This document shows, piece after piece, positions 50,990 through 61,786 of a stretch of 64,000 nt of DNA. The stretch lies in sequence record MF327008. One strand, given 5' to 3'. Every line of letters starts with the position of its first letter. Position 1 is the stretch's first letter. This DNA comes from Shigella phage Sf24. Position numbers and translations under genes: made by a program. The notes below the pieces were generated by a model, which did no database searches, had not been told where the DNA came from, and saw only the letters and a program-made list of their open reading frames with translations.

Positions 50990-52417
50990 CTAAAATTTTA
51001 ATTCATTTGCCAAAGCATCTAACTGAGCTCGAGTAGATTCATTTCTTTGATAGCGATTCTGCTCAGCCTGAATCTGTTGTGAACCTGCTACTTCGTTCAC
51101 TTCAGTTGGAGTAGAATCTTGTTCAATTTCTACCCATTTCTGATTTCCTTTTTGAACACCCATCAAAAACTTATTCCATTTATTCTTATCGCCATATCGT
51201 GATTTGATTTGCTTAATGAGTTGTTGTTCAGCAGCTGCTAGCTCCTCGGTTTCAATGACCGCAAGCATAAAATCAGCTGTTGCTGGAAGACCAGCAGATT
51301 CTGCAATATCGCTCATGTTAACATCGGAAGAGTCCCAAGCTTGTTTACCAACCTGCGCTGCGGTCCAAAGAACAGTTTCGGTTTCAACAGCAAGAGCACG
51401 CAATTCCTCTGCAATAGCTTTAACAGTTGTGTAACTATTTTCTGAATAAACTCTAATGCGGCAAGATTTACAAATACCTAGATAGTCGACAATAATGATT
51501 GTTGGAACAAAATTCTTCTTGAGCTTCAATTCATTCAAGAGAGACCTGAATGTATTAGCGTCTGCTCCACCAGTAGGATATTGCTTAACGATTAAACGAC
51601 CGAGAGTAGATTTCTCACGCCATTTTTCCATTTTTCCTTTATATTCGGCGTAAGAAATATGTCCATCATCAATATCGTCAAGAGAAACATCGAGCATGTT
51701 AGCATCAATACGTTTAGCACAGACTTCTTCTGCCATTTCCATGGAGATATAAAGAACGTTATGACCAAGCTGCAAATAATCTGCTGCTAATGAGCAAAGT
51801 CCTAATGATTTACCAACGTTAACGCCAGCCATTAAAACGTTCAGTGTTCCTGTTTCAGCTCCGCCTTTTGTAATTTTATTCAAAATACGAAGTTTAAATG
51901 GAACCTTACGAGCTTTATTCATATAAGATAGCCAGCGTGCTTCGTAGTCATCCATCCAATCATGACCAACGTAGCTATCAAATGAAATTGATAATGCTTG
52001 GCGCATGATGTCAGGAATAGCACCTACATCTGGCATTTTCTTATTTCGTTTTTCCGGAGGAAGCTCAGCATTAGTTTGAATTTCGATTATTTTAGACGTA
52101 GCATTAAACATCGCCCTTTGCTGAACATATTTTTCTGTTTCTTTTACTAACCAACTATGGTCTTCCGGAGAATCAGCTAGTTTTGAAATAAGTGTTTTTA
52201 CACCAGAATATTCTGTTTCAGTAAATGAACTATTTTCTAATGCAACATTTAACGCATTAATAGATGGAACGCTATGATACTCATTAACATGAGATTTAAT
52301 TAATTTGAATGTATTTTTAGCTGGACCACTTTCAAAATATTCTGAATCCATATATGGCCAAACTTTTGAAAAATAAGCTTGATCAAATATGAGATGAGAA
52401 AGAATAATTTCTACCAC
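50990..52417 (-). CDS. 41: Replicative DNA helicase gp41 (DnaB-like), 475 aa
   Basis: ORF track; Walker A GVNVGKS; length as T4 gp41. Confidence 0.9.
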   Translation of the reverse strand: MVEIILSHLIFDQAYFSKVWPYMDSEYFESGPAKNTFKLIKSHVNEYHSVPSINALNVALENSSFTETEYSGVKTLISKLADSPEDHSWLVKETEKYVQQRAMFNATSKIIEIQTNAELPPEKRNKKMPDVGAIPDIMRQALSISFDSYVGHDWMDDYEARWLSYMNKARKVPFKLRILNKITKGGAETGTLNVLMAGVNVGKSLGLCSLAADYLQLGHNVLYISMEMAEEVCAKRIDANMLDVSLDDIDDGHISYAEYKGKMEKWREKSTLGRLIVKQYPTGGADANTFRSLLNELKLKKNFVPTIIIVDYLGICKSCRIRVYSENSYTTVKAIAEELRALAVETETVLWTAAQVGKQAWDSSDVNMSDIAESAGLPATADFMLAVIETEELAAAEQQLIKQIKSRYGDKNKWNKFLMGVQKGNQKWVEIEQDSTPTEVNEVAGSQQIQAEQNRYQRNESTRAQLDALANELKF

Positions 52418-52426
52418 ACTTACTCC

Positions 52427-52783
52427 TTAAAAGAATTTAAATTTTTTCTTTGACCTTTTATTAAATGCATCTTGCAGTTGCATTGTAATACATTTTTCTA
52501 CATGAGGAGCTAACTCAGCTTTTCTTTCTTGGTCAAGAACAGCAAAGTCCATTACAACCTTTCCATCAACCCAATCCAGTTTAGTTACATACACTATATG
52601 TGTAGAACCATCTTCTAGTTTAATGACAATCTCCTGGATAACATTTTCCATAGCGGATTTAATTATCTTAAGAGACTCATTAAAAAGACGTTCTTTTCTT
52701 TCTTTTTCCCCCTCCGAAGAGGGGGATTCATCGATAATTTCTAAATCTAAATCATCTTTACTCATTAAATTCTTCCATATCAC
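52427..52783 (-). CDS. 40: gp40-like head assembly protein, 118 aa
   Basis: ORF track; assigned by position between 41 and uvsX and by size. Confidence 0.55.
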   Translation of the reverse strand: MIWKNLMSKDDLDLEIIDESPSSEGEKERKERLFNESLKIIKSAMENVIQEIVIKLEDGSTHIVYVTKLDWVDGKVVMDFAVLDQERKAELAPHVEKCITMQLQDAFNKRSKKKFKFF

Positions 52784-53939
52784 TTAACTGCTCGAGGTCA
52801 GTTTCTAAATCAGCTGCTGATTTACTTTTACTTTCTGGAGATTTAAATTTTTCAACCTTTGAGTTAATCAATTCATCAACTTCAGCTTCAACAATTTCAT
52901 TACTATCAATAGCACCTAACTGATAAGCACGTTTAATAGCATCTCGGAATGGCTGATGCTTAAATAAAGGACCCCAGAATGTAGTGCAGTTGGTATCTTT
53001 TGCACGCCAAGATTTTTCTTCGCGAATCATCTCACCGGTTTCTTCGTCAAGAAATTCACGAGCATACCAGCCATTTTTAGGTTTTACCACAAATCCTAAT
53101 TCAAGAGCCATATCTAACAATCCAGAATAAGGATCGATGCCACCGTCAAATTTAACATCAATAAAGAATTTACTTTTTTCTTTAACGGTACGAGATTTTT
53201 CTACATTTAGAACAAATTGATACCCCTGAAGATCAGAACCATCTTTAATCTGGCGCTTACCGATAATGAATACAGTATCAGCCGAATACATTACGCCTGT
53301 ACCACCTGTCATCACGGTTTTACTAAACATTTCAATTGTTTCAATTGTATGGTTAACCGCAACACATGGAATATTTTTAATGCTAAAGTAAGGAGTAACA
53401 ATACGGAATAATGACTTCAGTGATTTAGCACGAGTCATATCTGCCACAGATTTTTCATTCAAGGCATCTTCAGTTTCTTTCTTAGAAGCCATATTACCGA
53501 TTGAGTCGATGAATACAATAACTTTTTCACCGCGCTCAATAGCTTCAAGCTGATTCACCATATCAATTTTTAGCTGTTCAACTGACTGAATCGGCGTATG
53601 AATTACTCGTTCTGGGTCAACCCCCATGGATCGCAAATAAGCTGGAGTAATACCAAATTCGCTATCATAGAATAGACAAACCGCGTCAGGATATTTGTTC
53701 AAATATGCCGCAACCATAGTCAAAGACATATTTGATTTAAAGTGTTTAGAAGGCCCTGCGAAAATAGTTAAACCAGACTGCATACCGCCATCAATCGCAC
53801 CAGAAATAGCAATATTAAGCATTGGAATTTTTGTACGAATTACATCCTTTTCATTAAAGAATTTAGATGTAGTCAGTTCAGCAGTCATTTTAGAAGTGGA
53901 AGCTTTAATCAAACGGGATTTTAAATCTGCAATAGACAT
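52758..53939 (-). CDS. uvsX: UvsX recombinase (RecA-like), 393 aa
   Basis: ORF track; Walker A GPSKHFKS; C-terminal half as recalled for T4 UvsX. Confidence 0.9.
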   Translation of the reverse strand: MSIADLKSRLIKASTSKMTAELTTSKFFNEKDVIRTKIPMLNIAISGAIDGGMQSGLTIFAGPSKHFKSNMSLTMVAAYLNKYPDAVCLFYDSEFGITPAYLRSMGVDPERVIHTPIQSVEQLKIDMVNQLEAIERGEKVIVFIDSIGNMASKKETEDALNEKSVADMTRAKSLKSLFRIVTPYFSIKNIPCVAVNHTIETIEMFSKTVMTGGTGVMYSADTVFIIGKRQIKDGSDLQGYQFVLNVEKSRTVKEKSKFFIDVKFDGGIDPYSGLLDMALELGFVVKPKNGWYAREFLDEETGEMIREEKSWRAKDTNCTTFWGPLFKHQPFRDAIKRAYQLGAIDSNEIVEAEVDELINSKVEKFKSPESKSKSAADLETDLEQLSDMEEFNE

Positions 53940-54016
53940 TCATTTTTTCCATAGGCATCATTATATTTTCCTCACTGGTTAAAGATAGAGTAATTATAAC
54001 ACAATAAATTTAGGCA

Positions 54017-54865
54017 TTAATCAACTGCTATTGGATGAATAACATTAAACTTATGAAATGCTTCTGATTTTTCTTTACGTGAAACGCACATGCGAAGAAC
54101 CTTTAATGGTTCGTCTTCTTCACCCAACGATTTTCGTTTTTCAATATTAGAAGTTTTCCAACGAGCTTGCTCTGGAAACTCTCTATTGATTTGCTCAAGC
54201 GCTCTATTATGTTTAGAATTACTACGAATTGAACTGCACCCGCCAGGAGCTTGTGCTTTTCCAGATACAACCAGATATTTGAACAAGGCCAAATGCGGAT
54301 AACCTTGATTAATTAAATTGAGAAATGCATACATATCTTCGCACAAATCAATTTTTCCATACCCAATTTGTTCTGTCGTAAGTTTTCCAAGGTCATACCA
54401 TGTATTCGTGAATCCATATGAATTTTCACGATAATTACCCCAAGATGAAGTAATTTTAAAAATTGGTAGGCGAGCATGACCATGATAATACCCGCAATCC
54501 ATGGCATCCTCAACGTATTGAATCAATTCATAGAACTGTTCACGGGTTAATTGATTAATTTTATCTACGCAGCGACGATCATCTTTCTTTCGCATTGAGC
54601 TCATACGAATAGTAGTATCATCGTCAATCATCCAGATTCGTTGACCTGCATACATATCAGTAATTGCTTTACGAGTACCGGCAATTCCGTTTACATCATC
54701 AGGAATAGTTATAATTTTAGCTCTAGACCCATAGGCATCATAATAAGCTTTTTCTTCATGTTCACGCACTACAATATGGGGTTCATAATCAGTCGGAAAC
54801 ATATCAAGGGCAGAAACTGCCCCGACACGCTGATAACTTGGAATTACGAATTGAATCATTTCCAC
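54017..54865 (-). CDS. Putative glycosyltransferase (DxD motif), 282 aa, at the beta-gt locus
   Basis: ORF track; WMIDDDTTI acidic motif typical of GT-A enzymes; not the T4 beta-glucosyltransferase sequence I recall. Confidence 0.5.
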   Translation of the reverse strand: MEMIQFVIPSYQRVGAVSALDMFPTDYEPHIVVREHEEKAYYDAYGSRAKIITIPDDVNGIAGTRKAITDMYAGQRIWMIDDDTTIRMSSMRKKDDRRCVDKINQLTREQFYELIQYVEDAMDCGYYHGHARLPIFKITSSWGNYRENSYGFTNTWYDLGKLTTEQIGYGKIDLCEDMYAFLNLINQGYPHLALFKYLVVSGKAQAPGGCSSIRSNSKHNRALEQINREFPEQARWKTSNIEKRKSLGEEDEPLKVLRMCVSRKEKSEAFHKFNVIHPIAVD

Positions 54866-55596
54866 TCACCTTTATAGTCTTTTTTCACAATATGAGTTTC
54901 GCCAGTATTCCACCAATGATCAACCAAGTAAAAATGACGAGAATATACATGAAGACTTCCGACATTCCATATAATAGAACCTGCTTTATACTGACGAGTT
55001 GAATCGCCTGCATTCAAATCAGATACTAATTTATCTAATACGTATTTTTGCCATGCATAATCATTACGGAATCCGAAGACCACGTCATTTGAGCGCATGC
55101 TTACTACTGCATTGACTTTCTTATCACGAATCAGGTACTGTACTGTATTAGTACACATGAAATCTGACATACCATCTTTATTGTAGTCAAATTGCATGGA
55201 TGGACGAGTATAAATCATGATACCACGTCGAGAATCAGGATTTTGACCAAGTTCAGCTAAACACATATCATACTGGGCATAGTTATCTTCTGACCAAATA
55301 GCCCAACCATAATTCGAGTTAATTTCGCCTTTAGAAGATGCTACTTGTTGCCAAATCTTCGGTGTTTCACCTGGAATATCTTTAACAAACAAACTCTTAG
55401 ATTTATACCATTCAAGTTCGCGCTGAATGTATTCATCATTAAGAGCGCCAAAAATAAACGGTTCATCTGCTACAAATGATGCGCCAATAATTTCAATAGT
55501 TTTAACACCGGTTTTATCAACTACGAAATCTTTTTCCTTTAATGCAAGCCCCAAATGAAGACGGATTTCTCCAACTGTCATATAATCGTTAATCAT
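54856..55596 (-). CDS. 42: dCMP hydroxymethylase gp42, 246 aa
   Basis: ORF track; thymidylate-synthase-like fold sequence; length as T4 gp42. Confidence 0.9.
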   Translation of the reverse strand: MINDYMTVGEIRLHLGLALKEKDFVVDKTGVKTIEIIGASFVADEPFIFGALNDEYIQRELEWYKSKSLFVKDIPGETPKIWQQVASSKGEINSNYGWAIWSEDNYAQYDMCLAELGQNPDSRRGIMIYTRPSMQFDYNKDGMSDFMCTNTVQYLIRDKKVNAVVSMRSNDVVFGFRNDYAWQKYVLDKLVSDLNAGDSTRQYKAGSIIWNVGSLHVYSRHFYLVDHWWNTGETHIVKKDYKGEWK

Positions 55597-55749
55597 TTAA
55601 ACCTCAATTGATGCATTCATATTTAATTTGTAACAGTAATAAACTCCAACCTATAATAAGTGGCGGAATCATAAGAGGAACTGTTACGCTATAGTATATA
55701 CTTATTATAATCATCAAGATTAAAAGCAACACTGCTATAATTTTGCTTT

Positions 55750-56001
55750 TCATTCCTTCTCTCTGATGATAATTACCTGATTTGGTTGTGCAGACTTTTT
55801 AGTTTCACCCGCAATTGACCAAATAAATGTAATAAACCAACCAATAATTGACCAGTTAAACAGTAAAGATGTGAAAAAGATTCCTACTGTCGATTTTGAC
55901 CCACGCATCAAGGCGATAAACCATGGAAGCATGTATATAATAATAGCCAACACACCTGAAACTAAAACCATAAAAATTGAACCTGCTACTAAAGTTTCCA
56001 T
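55750..56001 (-). CDS. imm: Superinfection immunity protein Imm, 83 aa
   Basis: ORF track; two TM segments; size and position as T4 Imm. Confidence 0.8.
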   Translation of the reverse strand: METLVAGSIFMVLVSGVLAIIIYMLPWFIALMRGSKSTVGIFFTSLLFNWSIIGWFITFIWSIAGETKKSAQPNQVIIIREKE

Positions 56002-56008
56002 GTTTTCC

Positions 56009-56389
56009 TCACTTAGTCAAATTTTTTACACATGAATTATAAGAATTCACTACATACTCCATCGGAGCATTTTTACCGGTACGCCATTGGTAATTATTAG
56101 CCCAATTAGCCCAAATTTCGGCGCAGTAGTTTTCAATTTTTTCTTCGCGTGTAATTACATCAGAATTACGATATGCTTGAGCAGATTCATCTGGACGAAT
56201 AGCTTCGTCAAAATTCGCCTGCATTTGTTCGACTGTTTGCTTTGGAGCTTCTTTATAACACTTGACATTAGGATTATAAAATTTGCTTGAACAGTTTACA
56301 ATTTTTCCTACATCAGACTGATTTACTACCGGTCCTTGAGCTACACAACCAGTAAGACCTAATGCAATAACCAAAATAGCGATTTTCAT
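56009..56389 (-). CDS. Putative lipoprotein, 126 aa
   Basis: ORF track; signal peptide with lipobox LTGC. Confidence 0.45.
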   Translation of the reverse strand: MKIAILVIALGLTGCVAQGPVVNQSDVGKIVNCSSKFYNPNVKCYKEAPKQTVEQMQANFDEAIRPDESAQAYRNSDVITREEKIENYCAEIWANWANNYQWRTGKNAPMEYVVNSYNSCVKNLTK

Positions 56390-56399
56390 AATAATTTCC

Positions 56400-56648
56400 T
56401 CAAATGCAAGTAGTAATTACTCCAGTAGTGCTTATGCAGGTATTACCCATTTGCACACCTAAAGATCCATTTGTATTCACATGAAGATTATCATCAATTT
56501 TAACTGATATTTTACCATTAGTGTGAATAACGGTGCTAGATTCAATCACAGGTTGAGTATCATTTTCAACACTAACAAATGGAACTGCTGCTAATGCAAC
56601 TAAACAAACTGCTAAGCATCCCATAACAATTTTCATTTTATTCTCCAA
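56400..56648 (-). CDS. Small secreted/membrane protein, 82 aa
   Basis: ORF track; N-terminal hydrophobic signal-like segment. Confidence 0.4.
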   Translation of the reverse strand: MENKMKIVMGCLAVCLVALAAVPFVSVENDTQPVIESSTVIHTNGKISVKIDDNLHVNTNGSLGVQMGNTCISTTGVITTCI

Positions 56649-56654
56649 ATCCGT

Positions 56655-56720
56655 ATTAGTTGATAGTTGTATAGTACCATGGAAGAACAGGGATGTAAAC
56701 AGTTTTGTGAAAAATTTTTA
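56655..56720 (-). promoter_or_regulatory. T4-type early promoter
   Basis: Minus strand TTTACA - 17 bp - TACTAT with conserved TGGTACTATACAACTATCAACTAATAC block. Confidence 0.6.
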
Positions 56721-56781
56721 ATGAATTTACAGGACCTAGAATCATCTGTTTTTCATAAGTATAGATTTATATTACTTGTAT

Positions 56782-56804
56782 GAAAAAGGGACCAGGAGGT
56801 CCCT
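56782..56804 (-). terminator. Rho-independent terminator downstream of gene 43
   Basis: Hairpin GGGACC-TCCT-GGTCCC on the minus strand followed by TTTTTCATAC. Confidence 0.6.
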
Positions 56805-56816
56805 AGATTTATTCTA

Positions 56817-59513
56817 TCAGCCAAACAGGAAGTCTAACGAAGCTTTTTCTTCATAGTCCATACCAGCCGATTCACACATGCCTGCAAGCGGTTTAACAAA
56901 CGATTTTTGGAACAAAGTTGAGTAGTCAATCCAAGACAGTACGTCAGAACGAATTTCTTTTGGAAGTTCTGTACCCGACGGCCAAGCAATGCATTTGTCA
57001 CCAAATGGATTTCCTTCACGCAATGGAAGAACCATTACTTTATTTCCATCCAAAATTGGAGCTACACCTAAACCGCTAACAGCTCGACGATAAGTTAGCA
57101 CACCACGAATATGGAACGGACATTTAAATCCTGGCCAACCTTTATCATCATATTTCGCTATATCGTTCGCAGTTTTTACTTCAGCAATAACTTTATAGTC
57201 AAGTTGACGATATTCTTTCTCGAAGTTCTTGTAATATTCTTGGACAGACTCTTCACCTTCCTGAAGAATACGACGAATACTTTCTTCGAGAGCTTCTTGG
57301 ACCGCTTTAGGCGTTGAACTCTGCTGAGTTTCCATACCCATGATTTTTAGATGCGGTTCAGCAAATCGCTTATCTTCCATATCATAAACGTTCAGAGCAT
57401 AACGCTTTTTCGCTTTCCAAAATCCACCAACGCCCTTTGAACCAAGTGGAGGGCAAGAAATAGCTTCACGGTCCATATGCATCAGATGCTCGCGGTTATT
57501 CATATAATCACATAACTCACGATATGCAACATCAATCATAGGTTCCATCTTTTTCTTACCAAACTGATTCATGAATTCAACTAAATCATTTTGTTCTTTA
57601 AAGCGATCAAGACCTACTTTTTCAATAACTTTATCTACACAAACATATACCGAATCAGTATCACCTGCTGCGATGAAATCTTCACCATTAGTTCCACATA
57701 CTTTATTCAGATATTCATTAATTTTGCGAGCAATCCACTGAATACCGACTTGACCGAAAATTGTGATAGCAGTAGCATTTCGCAAATCATAGTAGCGGAA
57801 ATGAATATTACCAAGAGCACCATAAAGACTGTTAATAAGAATTTTACGGTTCAGCTGATTTGTGTTAGCAAGTGTAGCTGCTTTTTCACATTCTTCAATC
57901 AGACTATTGAGAACAGATTCGGTGTAATTCGATAATTCATTTAAGAAATCATCACTGAACTTAACATATCGTTCAACTTCTGGTTTAGTTGAGCAAGACC
58001 CTGCACCTTTCATAATAATCTTTTTAATAGCTTCGGCATTCATTTCTTCCGCGAACATTTTCTTTTTCCAATCTTTACGCTGGAAAAATACTTTAGCGAT
58101 TTCCTTTGGAATGATACCTTCTTGGTGCTTATCATACATCCATCCATTCGGAGAGCAAGAATATTCATCACTTGGCTTAGGAGCTGTTCCTGTGATATAT
58201 TCATGAATTGGATGAACTTTAAACTGCCCGCGAATAGTCTCAGGACTAATGTTAACCTGACGAATAATGCTAGGATACAGAGACGTCAAGTCAAAACTCA
58301 TAATGTATCGACGAGCAATCGGTTTAGGTTCAAACACAAATGCACCTGGAAAACTCTGTTTAACATGCGAACCTTGTTGAGGAATAACCTTATGTTCACC
58401 TTTAAGTGAGTTAAAAATAATAGCGTCCCAAGTTTTAATAGGACTCATTACACCAGAAAAAGGCATTTTAGCGTAATAAGACATACTTAAAACTAGATCG
58501 ATAAACCCACGAATTTTATCAATTGCTTGAACTGATTCTACGTCAATGATGTTATAACTAATGTATCGTTGATGATTAGTCTCACGAAGTTTATTAATAG
58601 GACCATCGTACGGCAATTTACCTTTTTTGGTTTCATGTTGAGCAACTGATTCCAAAGAGAACGATGGCAAATTAGTAAATGCGAATTTCTTGTACAAATC
58701 TAAATAATCAAGAATAGACACGCCATCAATAGAATAAATTTCTTTGCTACCGTACATATTTTGAATTAGTTTAGATTTTACCCGACCGATTGGAGAGAAG
58801 CGTTTCATACTACGTTCACCGAGAACCATTTTAACGCGATTCATGATATACGGAACGTCAAATCCCTCAATATTCCAACCAGTAAAAATAGCAGGTCGTT
58901 TCTGTTCCCAGAGATTAATATATTCCATGAGCATATCGCGCTCATTATCAAATGGCATATAAATTACTCGGTCAAGAATTTCTTGAGGAACTTCATCACC
59001 ACCTTCACAGTCAAGCTTAGCAGCTAACTTTGCATCCCATTTTGATACTGAACCATACATTGAATTCAAAAGGTCGAAAACATAAAAACGATCATCAATT
59101 GAATCGTAATGAGTGATAGCATCAATTTCATATTCAGCTTTCATTGGGTCAGGAAATTTATCACCAGTAACCTCAATGTCACAGTTAGCTACACGAACAA
59201 ATTTTCGGTCATAAACAATTTCTGAACCGTATGTATCACTGATATAAGCGAGTTTAAAATCGTTCATACCGAGAGCTTCGAGACCGATGTCTTCCATTCG
59301 TTTCATCCAATCTCGAGCATCTTTCATTGATGGAAATTTTTGAGGAGCGCAGTTTTTACCATAGATGTCTTTGTATTTTGACTCTTCCTTACAATGCCTA
59401 AACATAGTCGGAAGATATTCTACTTCACGAGTACGTTCCTTTCCGTTTTCATCAATATAACGTTCAACAATGTTATTTCCAACTGTTTCGATAGAGATAT
59501 AAAATTCTTTCAT
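56817..59513 (-). CDS. 43: DNA polymerase gp43 (family B), 898 aa
   Basis: ORF track; exo motif CDIEV, polymerase motif AAGDTDSVYV; length as T4 gp43. Confidence 0.95.
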   Translation of the reverse strand: MKEFYISIETVGNNIVERYIDENGKERTREVEYLPTMFRHCKEESKYKDIYGKNCAPQKFPSMKDARDWMKRMEDIGLEALGMNDFKLAYISDTYGSEIVYDRKFVRVANCDIEVTGDKFPDPMKAEYEIDAITHYDSIDDRFYVFDLLNSMYGSVSKWDAKLAAKLDCEGGDEVPQEILDRVIYMPFDNERDMLMEYINLWEQKRPAIFTGWNIEGFDVPYIMNRVKMVLGERSMKRFSPIGRVKSKLIQNMYGSKEIYSIDGVSILDYLDLYKKFAFTNLPSFSLESVAQHETKKGKLPYDGPINKLRETNHQRYISYNIIDVESVQAIDKIRGFIDLVLSMSYYAKMPFSGVMSPIKTWDAIIFNSLKGEHKVIPQQGSHVKQSFPGAFVFEPKPIARRYIMSFDLTSLYPSIIRQVNISPETIRGQFKVHPIHEYITGTAPKPSDEYSCSPNGWMYDKHQEGIIPKEIAKVFFQRKDWKKKMFAEEMNAEAIKKIIMKGAGSCSTKPEVERYVKFSDDFLNELSNYTESVLNSLIEECEKAATLANTNQLNRKILINSLYGALGNIHFRYYDLRNATAITIFGQVGIQWIARKINEYLNKVCGTNGEDFIAAGDTDSVYVCVDKVIEKVGLDRFKEQNDLVEFMNQFGKKKMEPMIDVAYRELCDYMNNREHLMHMDREAISCPPLGSKGVGGFWKAKKRYALNVYDMEDKRFAEPHLKIMGMETQQSSTPKAVQEALEESIRRILQEGEESVQEYYKNFEKEYRQLDYKVIAEVKTANDIAKYDDKGWPGFKCPFHIRGVLTYRRAVSGLGVAPILDGNKVMVLPLREGNPFGDKCIAWPSGTELPKEIRSDVLSWIDYSTLFQKSFVKPLAGMCESAGMDYEEKASLDFLFG

Positions 59514-59593
59514 AGATATTCCTTAGTTTATAGCCCGAGTTATTAGGCTCTTGATATATTATACTCCAAATAAGGGGCCGAAGCCCCTTTGCT

Positions 59594-59881
59594 TTAAATT
59601 TCTACTGTACAACGCGATATAACGGACTTGCCATCTTTATTTGTGGTTTTGATAATCGCATGAAATGCGCGTTGGCGTGGGTAAACTAATCGTTGGAATT
59701 CTTTTTGGAATTCTATTTGTTTATCTTCCGGGAGGTCAAAAACCAGTTGGGTAGAAGACAGACCATATGTTTGTTTTAGATTTTCGAATATTAGAAAAGC
59801 TTCGGTAAACTGAATCTCTGATTGTGTCATATAATTTACCTTAATTACCAATCGTATATTTAGGAACGAGTTTCCATTCAT
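59594..59881 (-). CDS. Hypothetical protein, 95 aa
   Basis: ORF track; followed by CUUCGG-type hairpin at 59572-59589. Confidence 0.4.
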   Translation of the reverse strand: MNGNSFLNIRLVIKVNYMTQSEIQFTEAFLIFENLKQTYGLSSTQLVFDLPEDKQIEFQKEFQRLVYPRQRAFHAIIKTTNKDGKSVISRCTVEI

Positions 59882-60209
59882 GTTTTTGTTTAAAAGAAAT
59901 AACTCGGAAGTTATTAGTTAAATCTTTCATAAAAGTTCTTTGACCAGGAACGATTTCAATCAGTCCCCAATCTTCTAACAGCCATGCAATCGAATCACGA
60001 CGAACTTCATCTTCTTCTGTCATTTCAACTTGACGGCCATCCATACGAAGCATTTCTTTAAAATGAACGATATAGTATAGTCCTTTTTTCTGAAGAATAT
60101 GACAGGACTGATACAGAACTTTATCTTTATTATTAGCAATTCCCATACGAGTCAAAGTTTCTTTTACTTTCAGAAAATCTTCAGGTTTTTTAAGAGTAAT
60201 TTCAATCAT
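59841..60209 (-). CDS. regA: Translational repressor RegA, 122 aa
   Basis: ORF track; MIEITLKKPEDFLKVKETLTRMG... as recalled for T4 RegA. Confidence 0.85.
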   Translation of the reverse strand: MIEITLKKPEDFLKVKETLTRMGIANNKDKVLYQSCHILQKKGLYYIVHFKEMLRMDGRQVEMTEEDEVRRDSIAWLLEDWGLIEIVPGQRTFMKDLTNNFRVISFKQKHEWKLVPKYTIGN

Positions 60210-60210
60210 T

Positions 60211-60774
60211 TTACCATTCCAATGCTAGTTTTTTGAGTTGTTTCTGTTCTTTTACGTTCTTAGTCACTTCTTTCAAAAAATCATCCGTGACTAATCCTTT
60301 AAGTTCTTTTAATACTAAAGGTAGTTTTCCATTTTTAGTAAGAATTGATTTATAGTTAATTGCATCATTTGTATTAACTTGATACCGCTTAGCAAGTAAC
60401 TTAATAATCAATACTTCGGTGGAATCTTCGACCAGTTTTGCCCATTTACCATATCTTTTACCCCGAGGAACTGCAGCCATCAGATAATTAAAATGAGCTT
60501 CATCACTTAAGCCTGATCCAATTAAATTCATAGCATATACAGCTGGCATGCACTCTGGAAATTGTGATAATGCATTTTCAACCATGAATTTTGAATAATC
60601 TTTTTGAGCAATAGAGCATTTAGTTTTATTATTAATAGCTCCAATTATTTCAAAAAATTCATTTTCAGCTTTTTCTTTAAAAGAATCAGCAGCAGATTGG
60701 ACAGCTGTCCAATCTTTTGAATACCAAGCAACTTGATGCTCGTTTAATTGAATATCATCTTCAAATAAGCTCAT
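60211..60774 (-). CDS. 62: Clamp loader small subunit gp62, 187 aa
   Basis: ORF track ORF 60211..60795; start taken at MSLFEDD as in T4 gp62. Confidence 0.85.
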   Translation of the reverse strand: MSLFEDDIQLNEHQVAWYSKDWTAVQSAADSFKEKAENEFFEIIGAINNKTKCSIAQKDYSKFMVENALSQFPECMPAVYAMNLIGSGLSDEAHFNYLMAAVPRGKRYGKWAKLVEDSTEVLIIKLLAKRYQVNTNDAINYKSILTKNGKLPLVLKELKGLVTDDFLKEVTKNVKEQKQLKKLALEW

Positions 60775-60775
60775 A

Positions 60776-61735
60776 TCACTTCCACTGCATTTCACATGCT
60801 AATTGAATGAAAAGATAAGCTAAATGTAATTCAGTGTTAGCTGCAATACCATGATACTGATTATTTTCACCAACAATTTCGTACATACGAATAATACTTT
60901 GCGGAGTTACACGTGAATAGATTTCTTCGGCAAGTTTACCCACGAACCACGAATAATCAGCTGCATATTTTGGTGCTAAAGCTCTGAGTTGTTTAACATC
61001 TTTATTTTTGAGAGACTCAAGAACATCATCAATAGCACCACGATCGTTAGTAACCAGTGATAAAATACCAGCATCCAAAACACCTTTAGATGAATAACTA
61101 TCGAGCTCACCAATAGTTTTACGAAAATCAGGAAAATTCTTTTTAACCAAAGCTGCTACAACTTTCATATCAGCTATAGCAATTCCTTCATGCTTGCAGA
61201 TTTCAGTCAATCGACGAATCATCTGCTTCATCATTTCAATTTTATCTTCATCGGTCGGTTGACCGAATGTAATAACTCGGCAGCGTGACTGGAGAGGTTT
61301 AATAATACCATCAATATTGTTAGCAGTAATAATAATACTACAGTTTGAACTATAAGCTTCCATAAAGGAACGAAGATGTCGCTGAGACTCTGCTAACCCT
61401 GAGCGGTCAAATTCATCAATAACGATTACTTTTTGACGACCATCAAATGAAGCGGCGCTGGCAAAATTAGTCAAAGGACCACGAACGAAATCAATTTTAC
61501 AATCTGACCCATTCACAAACATCATATCAGCATTTACATCATGACACAATGCTTTCGCTACAGTTGTTTTACCTGTTCCTGGAGAAGGAGAATGAAGAAT
61601 AATATGTGGAATCTTACCTTTACTTGTAATAGATTTAAAGGTTTCTTTATCAAAGGCGGGAAGAATACATTCATCGATAGTAGATGGACGATATTTCTGT
61701 TCAAGAATGTGTTCTTTTTCATTTACGGTAATCAT
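60776..61735 (-). CDS. 44: Clamp loader large subunit gp44 (AAA+), 319 aa
   Basis: ORF track ORF 60776..61750; start taken at MITVNEKEH; Walker A SPGTGKTT. Confidence 0.9.
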
Positions 61736-61786
61736 AATTTCCTCATTCAAGTTTTAGTGTAAATTATAAAGGGCCGAAGCCCTCTA

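Noticed and set aside
59572-59600. Plus-strand TTTGCTTTA, a perfect MotA-box match next to the hairpin upstream of gene 43
   Set aside because: It is on the wrong strand for the minus-strand gene 43 and no plus-strand gene follows; probably a chance match.
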